From Pavona decussata (lineage: Eukaryota): a DNA stretch of 64,000 nucleotides. A model generated the notes under the pieces. That model did not search any database. It was not told the origin of the DNA and saw only the letters and a list, made by a program, of their open reading frames with translations. Within the stretch, counting starts at the first letter, position 1; each line of letters begins with the position of its first letter. Below are positions 39,301-54,300 of this stretch, piece after piece. The stretch lies in assembly GCA_977016875.1 (NCBI GenBank), contig CDRNST010000049.1:6448001-6512000 (forward strand). Reading direction: 5' to 3'. Position numbers and translations under genes: made by a program.

Positions 39301-42300
39301 TGTTTTTGGTTAGCGTGTAGCCTAGTTGTAGTTTAACATTCACAGACACGATACTTGCCAAGTACTCCATGAGAAAACAAAACGTGTTAAATGTAAGATT
39401 TTCAAGGAAAAATACTTGCACGTGTGAATCCATCCCTACTTCACCTTCCTCTATCAGGGCGTGGTTCCATAATAATCTACTTAATTTCACCACAGGTGGT
39501 GATTCGTGCTAGGTAACCTTTGAAATTCAAATTATCCTCAAAGTTCACTTAGCTAGCGCCCAATTTTAAGTCTCATAGGCTAAAAGAGGCAGGTGTTGAT
39601 ACATACAGATACAGAAGATCGATGTTCCTGCTAAAGGTATCATTTGATAGAAAAGTTAACATGTTATTGTGGAGCGATCTAGGAGAGTAGAAAGATATTT
39701 TCAAAGAAATAACTTACTTAGTGTGAGCTGTATATTCTTATATTTTATTTATTGATTAGCGCCTTTTTTTTTGAGAAAAAGGTTGGCGAGCGACCTTATT
39801 CTCTGTCATGTTTTTGCAATACTTTTCAAGTAACTCCCAAACCGTTCTGGATAGAAACCTGTTTTCTCACAATTTGTGTATGGATAATTTTTTCGTCCCA
39901 GACTAAAGGTAACACATTTCAATGTTTGGACACTTCCAAGTGTTCACAAGAACGGAGCAACGTAACATGTACTGATAGCAAAATATGGCAGTCATCTATT
40001 ACAAAGTGCAGATACTATATACAAACAAACAAACAAACAAACAAACAAACAAACAAAAGAACGAATGCAAATCTAGTAAGATAGTGGTGTGCACTTACAA
40101 AGACAGTAAAAGTTTCAAAGGGCTGAAAACGTTGTTAGGTAAGCTCTGGAGCTTGTTGTTACTGATATCGCTAAGGGTGAAACAACCCGAAATTAGTGTT
40201 TGACTCAATCACGCGACCTGGTAAAAGGGGGGAGGGGCAGTCTGTACTCATTGAATTGAGACGTTTTCGTAGTTTTTTTCAGTATGCAAGCAAATACCGC
40301 TAAACCATGGCTGTTAGGAATTTAATGTGAAAATAACTTGATATGAGACTCATGGTTCATGGATTTTGATGTTATGGTGGCAACTTATGGCGAGCTAGAA
40401 TGTTCTTCAAAATTTTGAATTTCCTGTCTTTAACAATTTTTGCAGCTCGATTTCTTATGAATAGGTTTGCATTTTAAGATCGTGGCGGGTGTGAGTGTTA
40501 TTTTTGATAAATTTTCAGTCAATTTTTTTAGTTTTCTCTAAGTGCTTAAGACAATCCAAAGTTCCATGGTAGTGCCATTCCATTTAAAACCCATTGAGTA
40601 TTCCTCATCAGCTCTTTTTGGTAGTCTCTAAAGGGTTTATTATACTATGTGCTTAATACACCCTTCAAGTTGCATGGTAAATGCCTACACACCAGAGACC
40701 AGAGAATAATTCCTCAAGTGAACTTAGTAAAAAATAACGTGTGACCTACTCGTCAATATGATCGCGCGATTTAAAAACTCAAAGGTGCTAAATTATTACA
40801 ATCAGTCTACCAAACACTGCATAGAGTAACGCCTGTTTGGGAAACATAGATCAGAGTCCCCGAGGGGCACTGACACGGGGATTTTGCTGTATGCTGATCA
40901 AAACTGCTCCAATATTTGACTAAGAACCTCTTCTCTAACATGAAATTGCTCTTGAGTACCAGGAGGAAAGAAATTAAATCATTTTTTAGCAACGTTTCCA
41001 AAATACTCAGAAGGAACTTGGAAAAAAAATCTCCAACTTTTTCAAGTTGCAATCTATTTCCATCCAAGCCATCTGCCAGCCAAACAAAATTAATAATAGT
41101 TTCTGTGCACTTGGAGTGTTAAAATCCATACAATTACACTGCCCCTTAAAGACCTAGCACTACCTAATTTTCCACAGTTACGGCCAGTGGCCCCTAAGTT
41201 ATTTATACTTTTCAAGAGTAATCGTATGTATACTCTGCTAAGTGAAAAAAGGAAAAGTATCAAAAAGCAACATAACATTACAGCGCCTCCAAAGCTTCGC
41301 AACTGGAAAAGGCGTCCGCGGAAATTTCTTGAATATTGTTTGATTTAAGATCCCTGTAAAAAAGAAAGAAATTTTAAAAGAATAATATATTTCTGTTGAG
41401 TAGGCAATCAAAAATCAGAACAATTAGGTAACGCGTTGGTTTGTGAGGATAACCAAATAGTTTGTGAGGATAACCAAATAGGCTCACCTTCACTTTTCGC
41501 CTTGAAAATGGCCAAAACAGTAATACGTTTGGTTGAAAATTTGCCTGGCTTTTTCTTGATTCATCCATAGCTTTCTGGTGTCTCCTGTGCTGTTTTCTAT
41601 TAAGATTTCTGCGCCACTAAATGCTTCTGATGACTATAATTTTGAGCACAATCACATTAGGTATTTCGCATTGCTAACAGAAAAGGAGACAGCGACCTAT
41701 TGGTTTCTGTACTCGCCATCAGACTTCCTTTAAAGATAATCTCCAAAATGTCTGTGAGGACGAAAGCAGGTTTAGCATACAGGGTCCATATTCGCGAAGC
41801 CCTAGTCACAAGATAAGATTTATCCTAACTATTGTTTCTTAACTACAGACTATTGCTATATAGAAACATACGTAGGATAAATCATTTCCTTACAGGGACT
41901 TTGTGAATTTGGCTCCAGGAGTTTATTTAGTCTCTGAGCGGAAGATTTTTTTAAAGAGGCGTCAAGTGCAACTTACATAATCATTAACTGCTTAAGAGGT
42001 GTAAACAAATCCGCTGAAATGTTTTGAATACAGTTTGAACTCAGATTTCTGAAAATGAAAGAGTGTAATACACCAGGTTGAAATGACCAATGTTCAAATG
42101 TTGTCATCGAGTAATCCCTTAGGACGTGATGAAAAACAAGAAAAGATTTTGCTTTTCAAACGTCATCTTGACAGCTTTGGGCCACCACGATGCTCTCACA
42201 ACACCCCCACTAGATTGTGTTAAGAAATGGTCCAGGTCCAATAAAATTAGAGTCTCTGCAGAGCCTCGTTCCTTTTATTCGGTTAAAATCTTACTCATCC

Positions 42301-45300
42301 TAATACTATGCCCACACGTAAGTAAGACAAAACTATAGAACAGCCACTATTCTACCTTGACCCTATCTAGACCGGGAGGAGAAGGGGGGGGGGGGGGGAG
42401 GGAGGGGGCGTATTCTTCCCTCAGGGATCTTGAACCTGAATAACTTTTTTAATATTTGAGCAAACGCCCTGAAACTTCAGGAATTTATGAGAAACTTATC
42501 CGAAAAAATTGATGAGGTCGAATCATGCTGATTGACTTTGATGTTAGTTACCATGGGAAACAATTTTTGACGGGCAGTTTTTCAGAGAGACACGACTTCA
42601 ATCTTATTCCTCGCGAAGCGAGGGACGAAGGCCCGAGCGTAGCGAGGTTAATAAATTTGTCGTGCCGAAGGCCGCGCTCGGGAGCTAAGCCGTACGAATT
42701 CGAGCCGAACATATATTTATATGCTTATATATTTCCGTGAAGGTGTTCGTGCTGTTGCCTGGCAACAGTGCGCAAACAAAGTATGAATGACGTCAGACTG
42801 TCTGGCGTCGTCTGAAAAAAATTTGCATACATCGGAAAAAATATGCGTGCATGATCAAATTTCAACGGCAATGTTTATCAATATTCACTGGATACAGAAC
42901 TATCTCTCCAGAATATTTTCCCTTTCTTTTAGAAATCTTTTTTGTGAAAGATTGCATTGAAGAAATTACACGTTTGTGGCCGCGGTAAAATAATTTTCCG
43001 TGGGAAATAAATTCATCGAACACGACAGCGCTGCACGCCCGTTGTACATTACGTCGCGTCAGAAATAGATTTTCAACCGCAAACTAGCCTGTGGAACTAC
43101 GGAAAGACCATGCTCATAAAAAAAATCCTATGCCCCTTTTAATCTCCTCATTTGATGCTACAGGACGAGTAAAGAGGGTTTTCCACCCAGCCCCAGCTTC
43201 GCGAGGTTTTGCGAGTCACGTATTTCTAGTTTAGGATATTAATGGAACAAATCGCAGCAGAATTTTCTCAATTTCAAAGTTAATATTTTGTTAAAAAGTG
43301 GCTTTTTTCTTGAAAAAGGGAAATAGAAAGCAGGACTTAATACTGTTAGGCTATGGAGAAGGTATTCATGCTTACAGTCTTGCCAACGTGGTAAGGCCGG
43401 AGAATACATTCACAGGAAGGTTTAAAATGTTGTTTGAGCTTAGATCCCTGCCGGTTAAATGGAGAGAAACTAGCTACGAAAAGATTCAAGCATCAGCGTC
43501 AAAGACAAAAGGTACAGTGACATTTCATTATTTTAGTTTGTTTGCTTTGACTTATAAAAGACGTATACAACAGAGGTTTTGACGAATGTTCACAAAACTT
43601 CTGTGCGTCTCGCGCTTGGGCTCCTCCAAATGTTGCCTGTTTAATGAAGGAATTGAGACAAAAAAGGATCTTGGCATGATTTTTGAATGACGTGTGAAAT
43701 TTCCATGGCAACTACGCTTTAATATTTCTGTCGACCAAGCACTGGAAGTGTTGGAATAAAATTGATAAAATTATAATTTTAATTCCTGCTATCTTCTTTA
43801 GAAAATCTGTCATTCAACCCAAGATGGCGAATCTAACACGGCACTTGTACTCATGTTTAAGATAATTTGAAACTTGTATCTTTTGTTGTTGCGATATTTT
43901 GGTTTTAATGGGATTTGAAAGCTTGCTTATTCCCGAGGACGTCGAAGTCATCAGTGTGCAATGGCCAAAAAAAACCTGGTACCTTTAAATTTGTCACCTA
44001 AGAGGTATGACATGAAGATTACGCCATCCATTTTATAGCACAATTTGCCGTTAAGGGACATTTTCCCCTCAACAACAGGGTCTCATTTTGCTCTTCATGT
44101 GGCATTTGTAAAATGTTAGCAAATACGATAAAGATGATAATTATATATTCATTAATTTTATTACCAATAATAGTTTATAAAATCAATTGATACTTACAGT
44201 GCCTCTAAGTTTGAGAGAGAGGCAAATGAATCCGCTGGAAGATTTTGAATCTTGTTTGACTGCAGAATCCTTCAACACAACACGCGCAACAAATTTGAAA
44301 TTCGGAATCATATGAAAATACCCCCGCTGGCCATTTTGACAGCGAAAGTTAAAAAGCGGAGAAAGTAGCTCTCGTTTTTAGCTTGGCGGAGAGCCGAACA
44401 TTTTAAGCGAATTGTACACGTTTCGACACTAGCATTAATAGTAGTCACCAGGACAAGCATTTAAGATACGGCACCATGCTGGAATTGTTTTAGGTGACTC
44501 CATAAAGTTATTTGACGCGCGGCGACTGGGTACTGAAATTGCGCGCGCACGCAGTTTTTTAACTGATACATGAATTTTCATTATGCTGGCGCACGAAACA
44601 AGGCCAGTTTTAGCCTGAAAAGTAAAGCTATTTTAAGGAGTTTTCTAATGTGAATTTTTCTGAAAATTGGCTCAGTGTTAGAAATTAGCTAGCATTTGTA
44701 CTAAAAAAACCCTAAGGGGGGAATTATACATGGACAAGTGCAATAAATGGCAAAAACGAAAATTGCAGATATCGGCCAAACGTATGTACAGAATTTGTTT
44801 TGACTTAACGAGGAGATACTTTGGAGTTTGTCTCTTCTTTACACAAAAGAGCAAAATTTTTACCGCGCGAAATTCGGACAAACCCGTTTTGAAACTAGGA
44901 AGGAGTGAACAAATCAACAGATGTTTCATTCGCTGGTTGCCATGGAAACGGGGTTTACCAGTTGTAATGGTGTTTTTAGCAAAGCACAAGGACTTAGGCA
45001 CTCGAAACCATGTTTGAATCCAGTTGTTAACAGAAATTTCGTGGATAAAAGCAGAAGTTGAAAAAAGTTATAATTAGAATGCATACAACACAAGCAGCAA
45101 TTAAATACGAATTTAGTGGCAGGAAAGCACAATATGAAGCAGCAATTGACCCAAAACGTTTTTGCGTGCGTGTTCTCAGTATCACTATTTTATACCCAGG
45201 ATTCTGTCCAAGCGCGTGTTTCTGGTGATGAATCATTTTTCTTCCGTTAACTTTCCTAAAGATTTCTTAACATAAAGAAGATAACAGCTAACTGAAGATA

Positions 45301-48300
45301 ACTGGATCAAAAGGATGGGTCATCATGCTCCTTTAATAATTATTGACTAATCTTAGCATCAAGGAAAACCCGCGTTGTTCCAATATGCACGCATACCAAG
45401 CGCGCGCTAAATATAAGAAATTTTGTGCGGGATGCAATTAAATAGAATCTCTAATAAAAGTTCCTGAGTAACCAGGGAAAATGAGCAAATCATTAACTGC
45501 CACTACTTTACTTAATTTTACTTAGAATTGAGGTGAATGATTTAAGGCATCGGCCACCAAACGTACAGCTTTCTTAAACTTGTAAGACTTGAAAATAATT
45601 CCTTGGAAAGATTGCCAACGTTGTTTGACCGAATGTACCTAAAAATAGAAAACATTAATTAATTTTAATTAAGTTGAAATTAAAATTAAAATTAACATTT
45701 CAATTGCGAACTAGTCAGTGTGCCAGGGTTAAAGGGAGGGGTTCACGGTTCTGCGCATGTCCATGAATCAAAATACTTTCTCGCCTTTGCTCGTTATGAC
45801 CCAAGCCTGTTTAATTTAATTCGTTGTTTATGAACCGTTCGGAAGGGAATAGGTTACTCGGGTGGTAATTTTTTGATATGATTGCGTTATTTCGGATACA
45901 AATAACTGTAAACACATCAACCGTGGAATAAATCCTACGGGTCAACGCTAAATTCAATATCGACAATTTGAGTACACTCCATTAGCATTTTCTGTGAATT
46001 TTGGTCATCAGTCATTTTGCTTGGATTAATTATAAAATATGACTACTGAAGTACACGTGAGTGAGATTTTTTAGGCCATAAAGTTGATAAGAATGAGATA
46101 AAAGCATTGAGATTCATGCACATGCACTGAAATGTGAACCTCTCCTTTTAGTGATGCTTATTTTCACTTTCCCTTATGAAGGTAGTCTAGTTCGGTTTTT
46201 CTTCAGCCTACTCGGAAGAGATGATGGCCACAAACGTAATTCTTAAGGGTTACTACGGAACACTGTTTATAAGCAAGCAACTTCACGTCGGAACATTTTT
46301 AAGAGAAGCAGCACATTTTTGTTTTGCCTTTTTGATCAGCGGGATTTTTGTTACCAATTTTTGCATCAGTTCTTGCTTTTTCTTGTGTTGTCGTCCGATT
46401 AGAAGAGCGAATTTTTTAAGCAGAGGAAGCAATAGTTGAAGTAATTAAAGAACCATTGGCCGTTTCTGTGTGTGTGTGCACGAGGTGTCCTGTTCATCTC
46501 TTACAGGTATCGGAGATTAGTCAGGTTGGCAAAAATTCGTTTGGGTAGAAAAGTTATTTCATTTGAAGACAAATACCTGTAAATACACAAAAGAAAACAA
46601 AGTATCTCGTTATATACTGTATATATGCTTTCTGTTTTTGTGTTATTTGACCGAGGTTTTATAAATCCTTGCAGTTCTTTAAACCCCGTTTCCGTACCAA
46701 CTATGCATGCAGGGCCGATATACCATTCACTTACAGAGGAAGAAAATGGTGAATCCAGGGTGGCAGCTGAGTGAATAAAAACGCTTTGCAAAGCGCCATT
46801 TGACGCCATCTTTCTTTGTAGTGGACTAAAAGAAAGTATGATTGGAAGTCCTAAAAACCCACCAAGTTTCATGCTCGTGATAATACCTTTAATAGTCTTT
46901 AAGATATAGAGATAGCAAACATTGCCTGATTTCATACCGTGGGGGTCTGGGTACGAGTCTGTGTATTATGGGTTAAGGGACTCAACACCCACATAGCCAG
47001 AAAGAGCACACCAACCTTTACAACATTATCACGTTTGGTGTTAATCAAGCTAATATAAGGAAAGATACAGCCATTCAAAAACTCCAAATTTTACTAAGAA
47101 ATGTATGGAACGCCGGACGTGACGGACGATTTGTCCGGCGTTCCATACATTTCTTAGTAAACTTTTAAAGTTTTTGAATGGCTGTATCTCGCCTAATATT
47201 AGCTTGATTAACACCAAACTTGAGGATGTTGTAAAGTTCGATGTGCTCTTTCTGGCTATGGTGTTGAGTCCCATATCCCATAATACACAGACTTGTACCC
47301 AGACCCCCACGGTATGAAATCAGGCAATGGTTTCTTCCTCCGGATTAGGAACTCATAACAAGCTGAGGCCATATGGGGTAAGATCAGCTCCTTATTTCCA
47401 GATCTCCTTCCAGTAAACAAATGTTGTAGTACACAACATGGCGCATCTGTTGTTGCATCCTTTAATCATAGCGACTCCACCTAATTCTCCGGTTCGTGTT
47501 CAGCCGGATTTGCAGGCTCCACCCACCCAGAAGCGAACTATATTTCAGGATTTGCAGGATTCCGTCCACTTTTTGAGGAAAAATTGACATTTATTTCACT
47601 TTGCCATTTTCTTTGATGAAGATCTTTGGTATTTTTTTTTGTCAAAGAGATTCTTACAGTTCTTTTAGACTTAAAAGTCTGATGAAGAGATCTTCCGGTA
47701 GATTTCGGATCTTGTTGGAACTCAGGCTCCTGCAAATGTAATGGAATAATAACGGTACAAAATGTGTTCCTACATCGCCACTTTTTAAGCTGTATGGTTA
47801 AATGGTATTTATTTGCACTTGCCATTAACGACTAGGTTTTGGAATCCGTTTTAAAAAACATTGTACAAGACGTTATTGGGCAAAATTTTAAATTAAATGA
47901 CAATGAGCAATTAAAACGGACAACATTTCGACGTCTTTATGACGCCATTGTTAAGTTAAATGATCAAGAGCGGATAAAAATCTCACACATAAGTGTATAA
48001 AGCAACTAAGTATAAAGTAACTAAGGTTATTTCCGTATAAAATGTATATGGCAGTTGTCTTTAATTTTCTAGGAAAGAAGTTCGGAGCAAGGGCGTTTTT
48101 TGTCAAATAATCCACAGGAAGGTATTTGATCTGTTTATCTCGTTAGATGTATAGTAGTGGGGTAGCTTTCGATTTATTCCATACGCCGTAGAAGCAAATT
48201 CACACCGCCAGTTTGGTGAAAGAGGAGGGGAGAGGCTGGAATCCCCTTTACATTTGCCCCGGTAGAATCTGTTTACTTCATCTTATCACCAAAAGTTAAC

Positions 48301-51300
48301 ACATAATATTCTTCCCGAGTTAACGTCATCCATGTTGATGATCACGTCATATAACAGCATTTATTTGTATTGCCCCAACTAAGACCGGACAACATAGATT
48401 TCTCGATTTCCAGGAAAAAACCTCGGATGAATCAAATTTAGTAATTAAAAATGATTGAATTGCTAAAATACGGAAAGATCAAAGATCAAAGTATTTTTTT
48501 GTGAGACATCTAACACATTAATCTACATGCTCATCGGACATTAGTTGCCATGGGAACATCGCATGTAAATTGGAATTCAGTGCAATCTTCTTTCACTGTT
48601 TCCTGATCGAATTTGAATTGAAAGTTATAAAAAAAGGAAACAAATTGTCTCGTGAAACTAAACCAGTGTAAAAAGTATTGGACAGCTACTAAAAGCCGGC
48701 TTTCGGCTTGCCGAAATAGGTGGTGCCAGTGATATTTTCGTCATAGTTTAAAGACAGAGGATGGTTATCACCCACCCACCACCTGTACCTCCAAGGATTC
48801 TCAGTACTATACATATCAATAATAAGAAGCAAGGTTACAAACGACTGCTTAAAAATTCGCGGAATTAATCTTACAGCGTTTTTAATTTTATAAGCGCAGA
48901 AAAGACATTGGCGGGAAGGTCTTTAATATTGTTCTTATCCAGATTACTGCAAAGAAAGGGAGAGAAAATACCAGTAAACAAGTCAAGGAATCTACCTAAG
49001 TCAAAATTTAATGTACCACAATTTTTGGTTTGAGCGTATTGACTATATTGTTACATTAAAAAAGAAGTTATTTTTGTTTTTCCAATAAGGGATAATCGTC
49101 ATTCGAGGAAAATCGATTATCAACCGGAGGCTTCTGAAGAAAACTAACCAGTATCCTGTCTTCCTAACATGAAAATTACGTAATTGCGATTTAATCAATG
49201 TGCTCACATTTTGAGGAATTGTGAATTATATATGATTCATTTTGTCTAACAACATTGAAAGCTGCAGAAACTAAAACCAAGGAGGGCATTTAAAAGTTAG
49301 AGCTGTTGAAAAAATATTCGACATAAATTTCATCCATTTCTGGTCCAGGGGGATTTCTAGATATTTCCCCACTTAAAGTACCTTTGCCTCAATGCCAAGT
49401 TTCAACTAGCAAAAAGTCGCAAACCCAATCTAGTTGGGAGACCAATCATATCACGAAGGGCCTACAGAACGAACCTCAGCATTTGTTGATAGCCTGCTCC
49501 AACCTATTATACAAGCTCAGAAATAGTATTTAAAAGATACAACAGGTTTCATCAACTTCAGTTACGATGCTTACGCACTAGCTAACTTTTTCACGGTGTT
49601 AATAATGCTCTTATTAACTTACAGGTAACCTAGATTCTTTAGGTTGGCGAACACTTCTTGAGGTAGCTGAGTTAAATGGTTTGAGGCCAAGTCTCTGAAA
49701 TACCACCAATGGAATAAAGAAAATCTCAGAAATTTCGTTACTTAGTAACTGAAAATGAAGTTGTTGGACCCTATCTAGAGAATTGTTTTCATCGATAGGA
49801 ACAGGGAAATACCTTATTGAACGCTGTCTAGAACTAAAGGGGCTATGGGGAGAGACTTAAAATATTCATGAGATTTTTAAGATGGCAGTAACACGGTCAA
49901 ATTTCATGATTTTAGATTGTGTCAGTGTTCCTCTATTAATTTTGATCACATTTTGATAACATTGGGTGATTTTCTGGAGTTTAGAGGAAATTCAGAAATC
50001 CAATATGGCAGTTCAAAGATGGCCGCCTTTTGAAAATCAACACGCAATTCCCACTCCACGTGACGTCATTAACCCCTGCTGTTGACCTCAAAAGTTAAGA
50101 GCTACTGACTGTAAATATCAAAAATCCCACGACAAAGAGGAAATTTCAGATTTCATTTTATTTCACCTAAATGTTCCCTTTGGTGAACTATTTTCAAAAA
50201 TTACAATTAAAAGTTCCACCGCTCTTTCCTTTTTCTAAAAATTAGAAAAGTTGAATTTACGGATTCACGCCCGATTCAGCCCCCCGGAAAAACGGGAAAA
50301 TCGTGCATCTTTAGCAGCCTCGCACACAGCAACGATAACTACTCCCGTTTTTCTATCTCGGCTGCAAGTAAATCTTTCTATTAGCTCTCGTTTAGTGTAA
50401 AAATGAAGTCGCAAGTCATATTTTTAATGTGCTAATTCGCTAGTTGAAGACAGCGACCTTCGAGGGTTAGATTTCGAATTGAAATTAGGGCCGATTTCAG
50501 AGGCCTATATCTGTCCCGGCATATGTTTTCTGGAGCAAATCTATAGATGAAGTCTAACCTTAATCCTTCCTTTTCACGCTCTCGAAGTGCCTTTTTTGGC
50601 CCGCTAAAAGCGAAGCATCCAGAAGAAAAAGTGTGCAGAGTATTTTGACTAGTTCGATGGCTCGCTGTCACGATTACCGTCACGCAAATCACATAACTAA
50701 AACCATGCACTCATCTAAAGTTTACGTTTTTTTGCTCTCAACGACAAATCTCGAAGGCAGGTATTTAATATTTCAGTTCCTTTACAATACCACGTCATTA
50801 TTTCAAATTTTGCAAGTAGTAAATATTAGAAACCGATCCACCGTGGGACTCGATCTACATGATAAATTTTGCCGACATATTTTAAGCGCCCGTCACAAAC
50901 GTTGATATCGCACTATACAAACTTCCTGTCAAATCTCACCAAATTAACTATTATACTCTTGCTATCTACATCAAAAAAAATATTTCAAAAGATAAATGGC
51001 TCATCTTCAAGACATCTACCAACTTTCTGTGTCGATTTACAGAGTTGAAACACAACAACAACGTATTCACATACCGCACAGGCAATCACGGCGCGGGTTA
51101 ATTAAATTTATCCGAAAATACAAAAAGAGCTTTTTACTCTACGTGCTGTAATTAGTATTTGTTTTATCTACTCAATGACAGAGGGCTTACCTCACTTTCT
51201 TAACTGTTTGACTGTAAAGTTATAGTATAAAGCGACAAGATTATTTGCATTTCTACTAACGCAGTGGCTATTCGTACGGCACCCGTACGGCGACATCTGT

Positions 51301-54300
51301 ACGGGAGTCCGAAGATTTCATAGGATTTCTCTGTAATTCCTGATTCTCGCTTATCCAAATTATTATATTTACCTTTCGAAGGAATAAGCGAATCTAGTGA
51401 GTGCCCTTTCTTTGAGCGAAATAAGTTTGCGTACTCTCTGCTCACTAAGCGAACGAGCCACTCGCGACACTTGAAATTGTTTTGCGCTATATTCACGCAC
51501 ACGTCACGCGATTAGAAGAGACCGTACAGCGACTGGTATTTGCTATTCATTTGGGATTCCTATGAGTACCAGTAAAAATTATCATTAAATTTAAGAATCG
51601 CTAACCTGGTTGAGAAATTCAGACAACTGATCCTGACCGGTGGTATACTGATTAAGCAGTTCCGTGGACTCCCGTATTCCCAACCTGCGTGATGCTATTC
51701 GTACGGCCAGAAAGCCGTGAAATGGGAGTTTCACTTAATGGAAGAATTTACCTATTGGACACTCGCATTTCCGTACAGAAATTATGTTGAAAATAACAGA
51801 GCACACCTCTCCTTCTGACACAGGTCTAAATTTTCACTGCAATGACTGAAACTGCGCCTACTATAGAAGGAAGAAGAATTCCCGTATAAATAGCAAAAAT
51901 GCGAATAATTCGTACGGGATTACCAACGTGAGTTCAAATTCATTGAATTACCAAGTTGTCACTTACCCCCCGATCCAAGCCAGTGTATTATAACTGTTTA
52001 TAAGGTATAAGAAATTCTTTTCGCACATTTTTAAGCTACAGCGTACTAATTGTAGCCAGTTGATCTGTGAAGCAGAGGTTGCGTGACATGTGCGAGTTTA
52101 TGTTAGTAGCTCGGAAAAAGTTTGAAGTGTCGCGAGTGGCTCGTTCGCTTAGTGAGTAGAGAGTACGCAAACTTATCTCGCTCAAAGAAAGGGCACTCAC
52201 TGGATTCGCTTATTCCTTCGAAAGGTAAATATAATAATTTGGATAAGCGAGAATCAGGAATTACAGAGAAATCCTATGAAATCTTCGGACTCCCGTACAA
52301 ATAGCAAATACAAGTCGCCGTACGGGTGCCGTACGAATAGCCACTGCGTTCTACTAAAGAATATACTATCCATAATCGAATCCTGAAGGAACTAATTATA
52401 GAACAGGAATACTCTGACTGATTGTCTCACCACTAATTAAACAGGAACGTATTCGTTTCCTTTGGTCGATTTTATGACTCTTGAACCCCATTCAACACTG
52501 CTGAAAATCCGTTAGTTATGCTTATCTGCAGGTTAAATCAGCACATGGCACGGTCGTTTTCATTTGATGCCGTTAGTGATTACATGTAGCGTGACACAAA
52601 GATCACTTCCGGTAGCGCGGGGAATACAACTAAACTAAGCTAAGTTTCCTTCCACCAGTGAACTAAACCCTAACTGAAAAACAGTTTTTGAGTTTAAAAA
52701 TCCCCGCATGATGTCGTACCTGTTATTTTATCTTTCACTTTGATCTCCTGTTCTCTTTTTTTGTTCCTTTAATTACGGGCTCAGTAAACGGAAGTAATGG
52801 GAACTAAGGTGGGGGGGGGGGGGGGGAAGGAATATGAGCGGGTGTTTCTTCTTATTGACCCTTATTTATGGAAGAATTTTGAGTTTCTTTCCGAGTTTCG
52901 TATTGAAGTCTCTAGTTCGAAGTTCTCTGATACGTAACTGAAGATTTCCAAGTCAGTTCCAGGCCTGTGCCGTTCTTCACCATGGCGCAGATACTACCCT
53001 GGTCATTTTCTATGGTTGTTCAAGCAAGAGCCGTGGAAGGACCTCGCAGCCGTTCTGTGTCTCGTCACGTAACGCTCTATTTGCTTCTTCTTGAGATTTC
53101 TGGATGTCGTCATCCACGGGATGATATTTTTACCCTCGCGGGTTTTTGTCGCAAGCAAGACGCGAAAAGAAGGAACTGGTTTGCTGCGCTGTGAGAAATT
53201 CCGAAGTTTTAAAGAGAAGTTTCCCATTCGGAACACCAGACGCCTCATTTCCTTAGCTACGTACCACTTTCGGATATTTGCGGTCTTGAAAGTTATCAAT
53301 ACATAAATACCCACCACCAACACCCCCCATTCCCCGTTCCGACCGCCTCCTAAATATAATTTTTCAGTTCAAATAGAACCTGAGTTTTAAGGTTTCCATT
53401 TAATCAAGAATTGGAGACCATCACAAGAATCGGTCAGTTTAAAACAGATGCTCGAAATTACTAAAAACGTTGTTCATAAGATGCTCCAAAATCTCATATG
53501 ATTTTTTTATTTTTTCTTTAAAACCTTAAAAAGCTCCTACAAACTTTAAGAAGTTGCTAAGTACTCAACTAAACAAAGGTTTATTTTATTTCACTGTTCC
53601 TTGGCTCCTGAGCTGTTCATGACTTGCTAAAACGAGATACATTTTCTCATTCAAGACCAATTGCCAAATATGCCCACAGCTATGACCCCCATCCCCTTCC
53701 AATCGAATTGTTACTCGATTTTTGGCCCTAAATTCTCCAATAACAAAAGAACAAACAAAAGCCAATAAAATAACAAATCAAACCCGACAATTTTCGACAA
53801 GCAACTGCAAAAAAAGCAGTGCTCCACCATACCCTAGCCAGCCCCGCCTCGCCCCACCCTCCCCCCCTCCCACACAACCACCACTTTACTTTACTTAATT
53901 AAAGGGGAAAAAAAAGAACAGGAGATCAAAGTGAAAGATAAAATAACAGATACGTGGAATTTTAACTCAAAAAATGATTTTTCAGTTAGGGTTTAGTTCA
54001 CTGGTGGAAGGAAAGTTAGCTACCGGAAGTGATCTTTGTGTCACGCTAATCACAAACGGCATCAGATGAAAACGACCGTGCGATGTGCTGATTTAACCTG
54101 CAGATAAGCATAACTAACGGATTTTCAGCAGTGTTGAATGGGGTGCAAGAGTTATAAAATCGACCAAAGGAAACGAATACGTTCCTGTTTAGTGGTGAGA
54201 CAATCAGTCAGAGTATTCCTGTTCTATAATTAGTTCCTTCAGGATTCGATTATGGATAGTATATTCCTTAATAGAAATGCAAATAATCTTGTCCCTTTAT

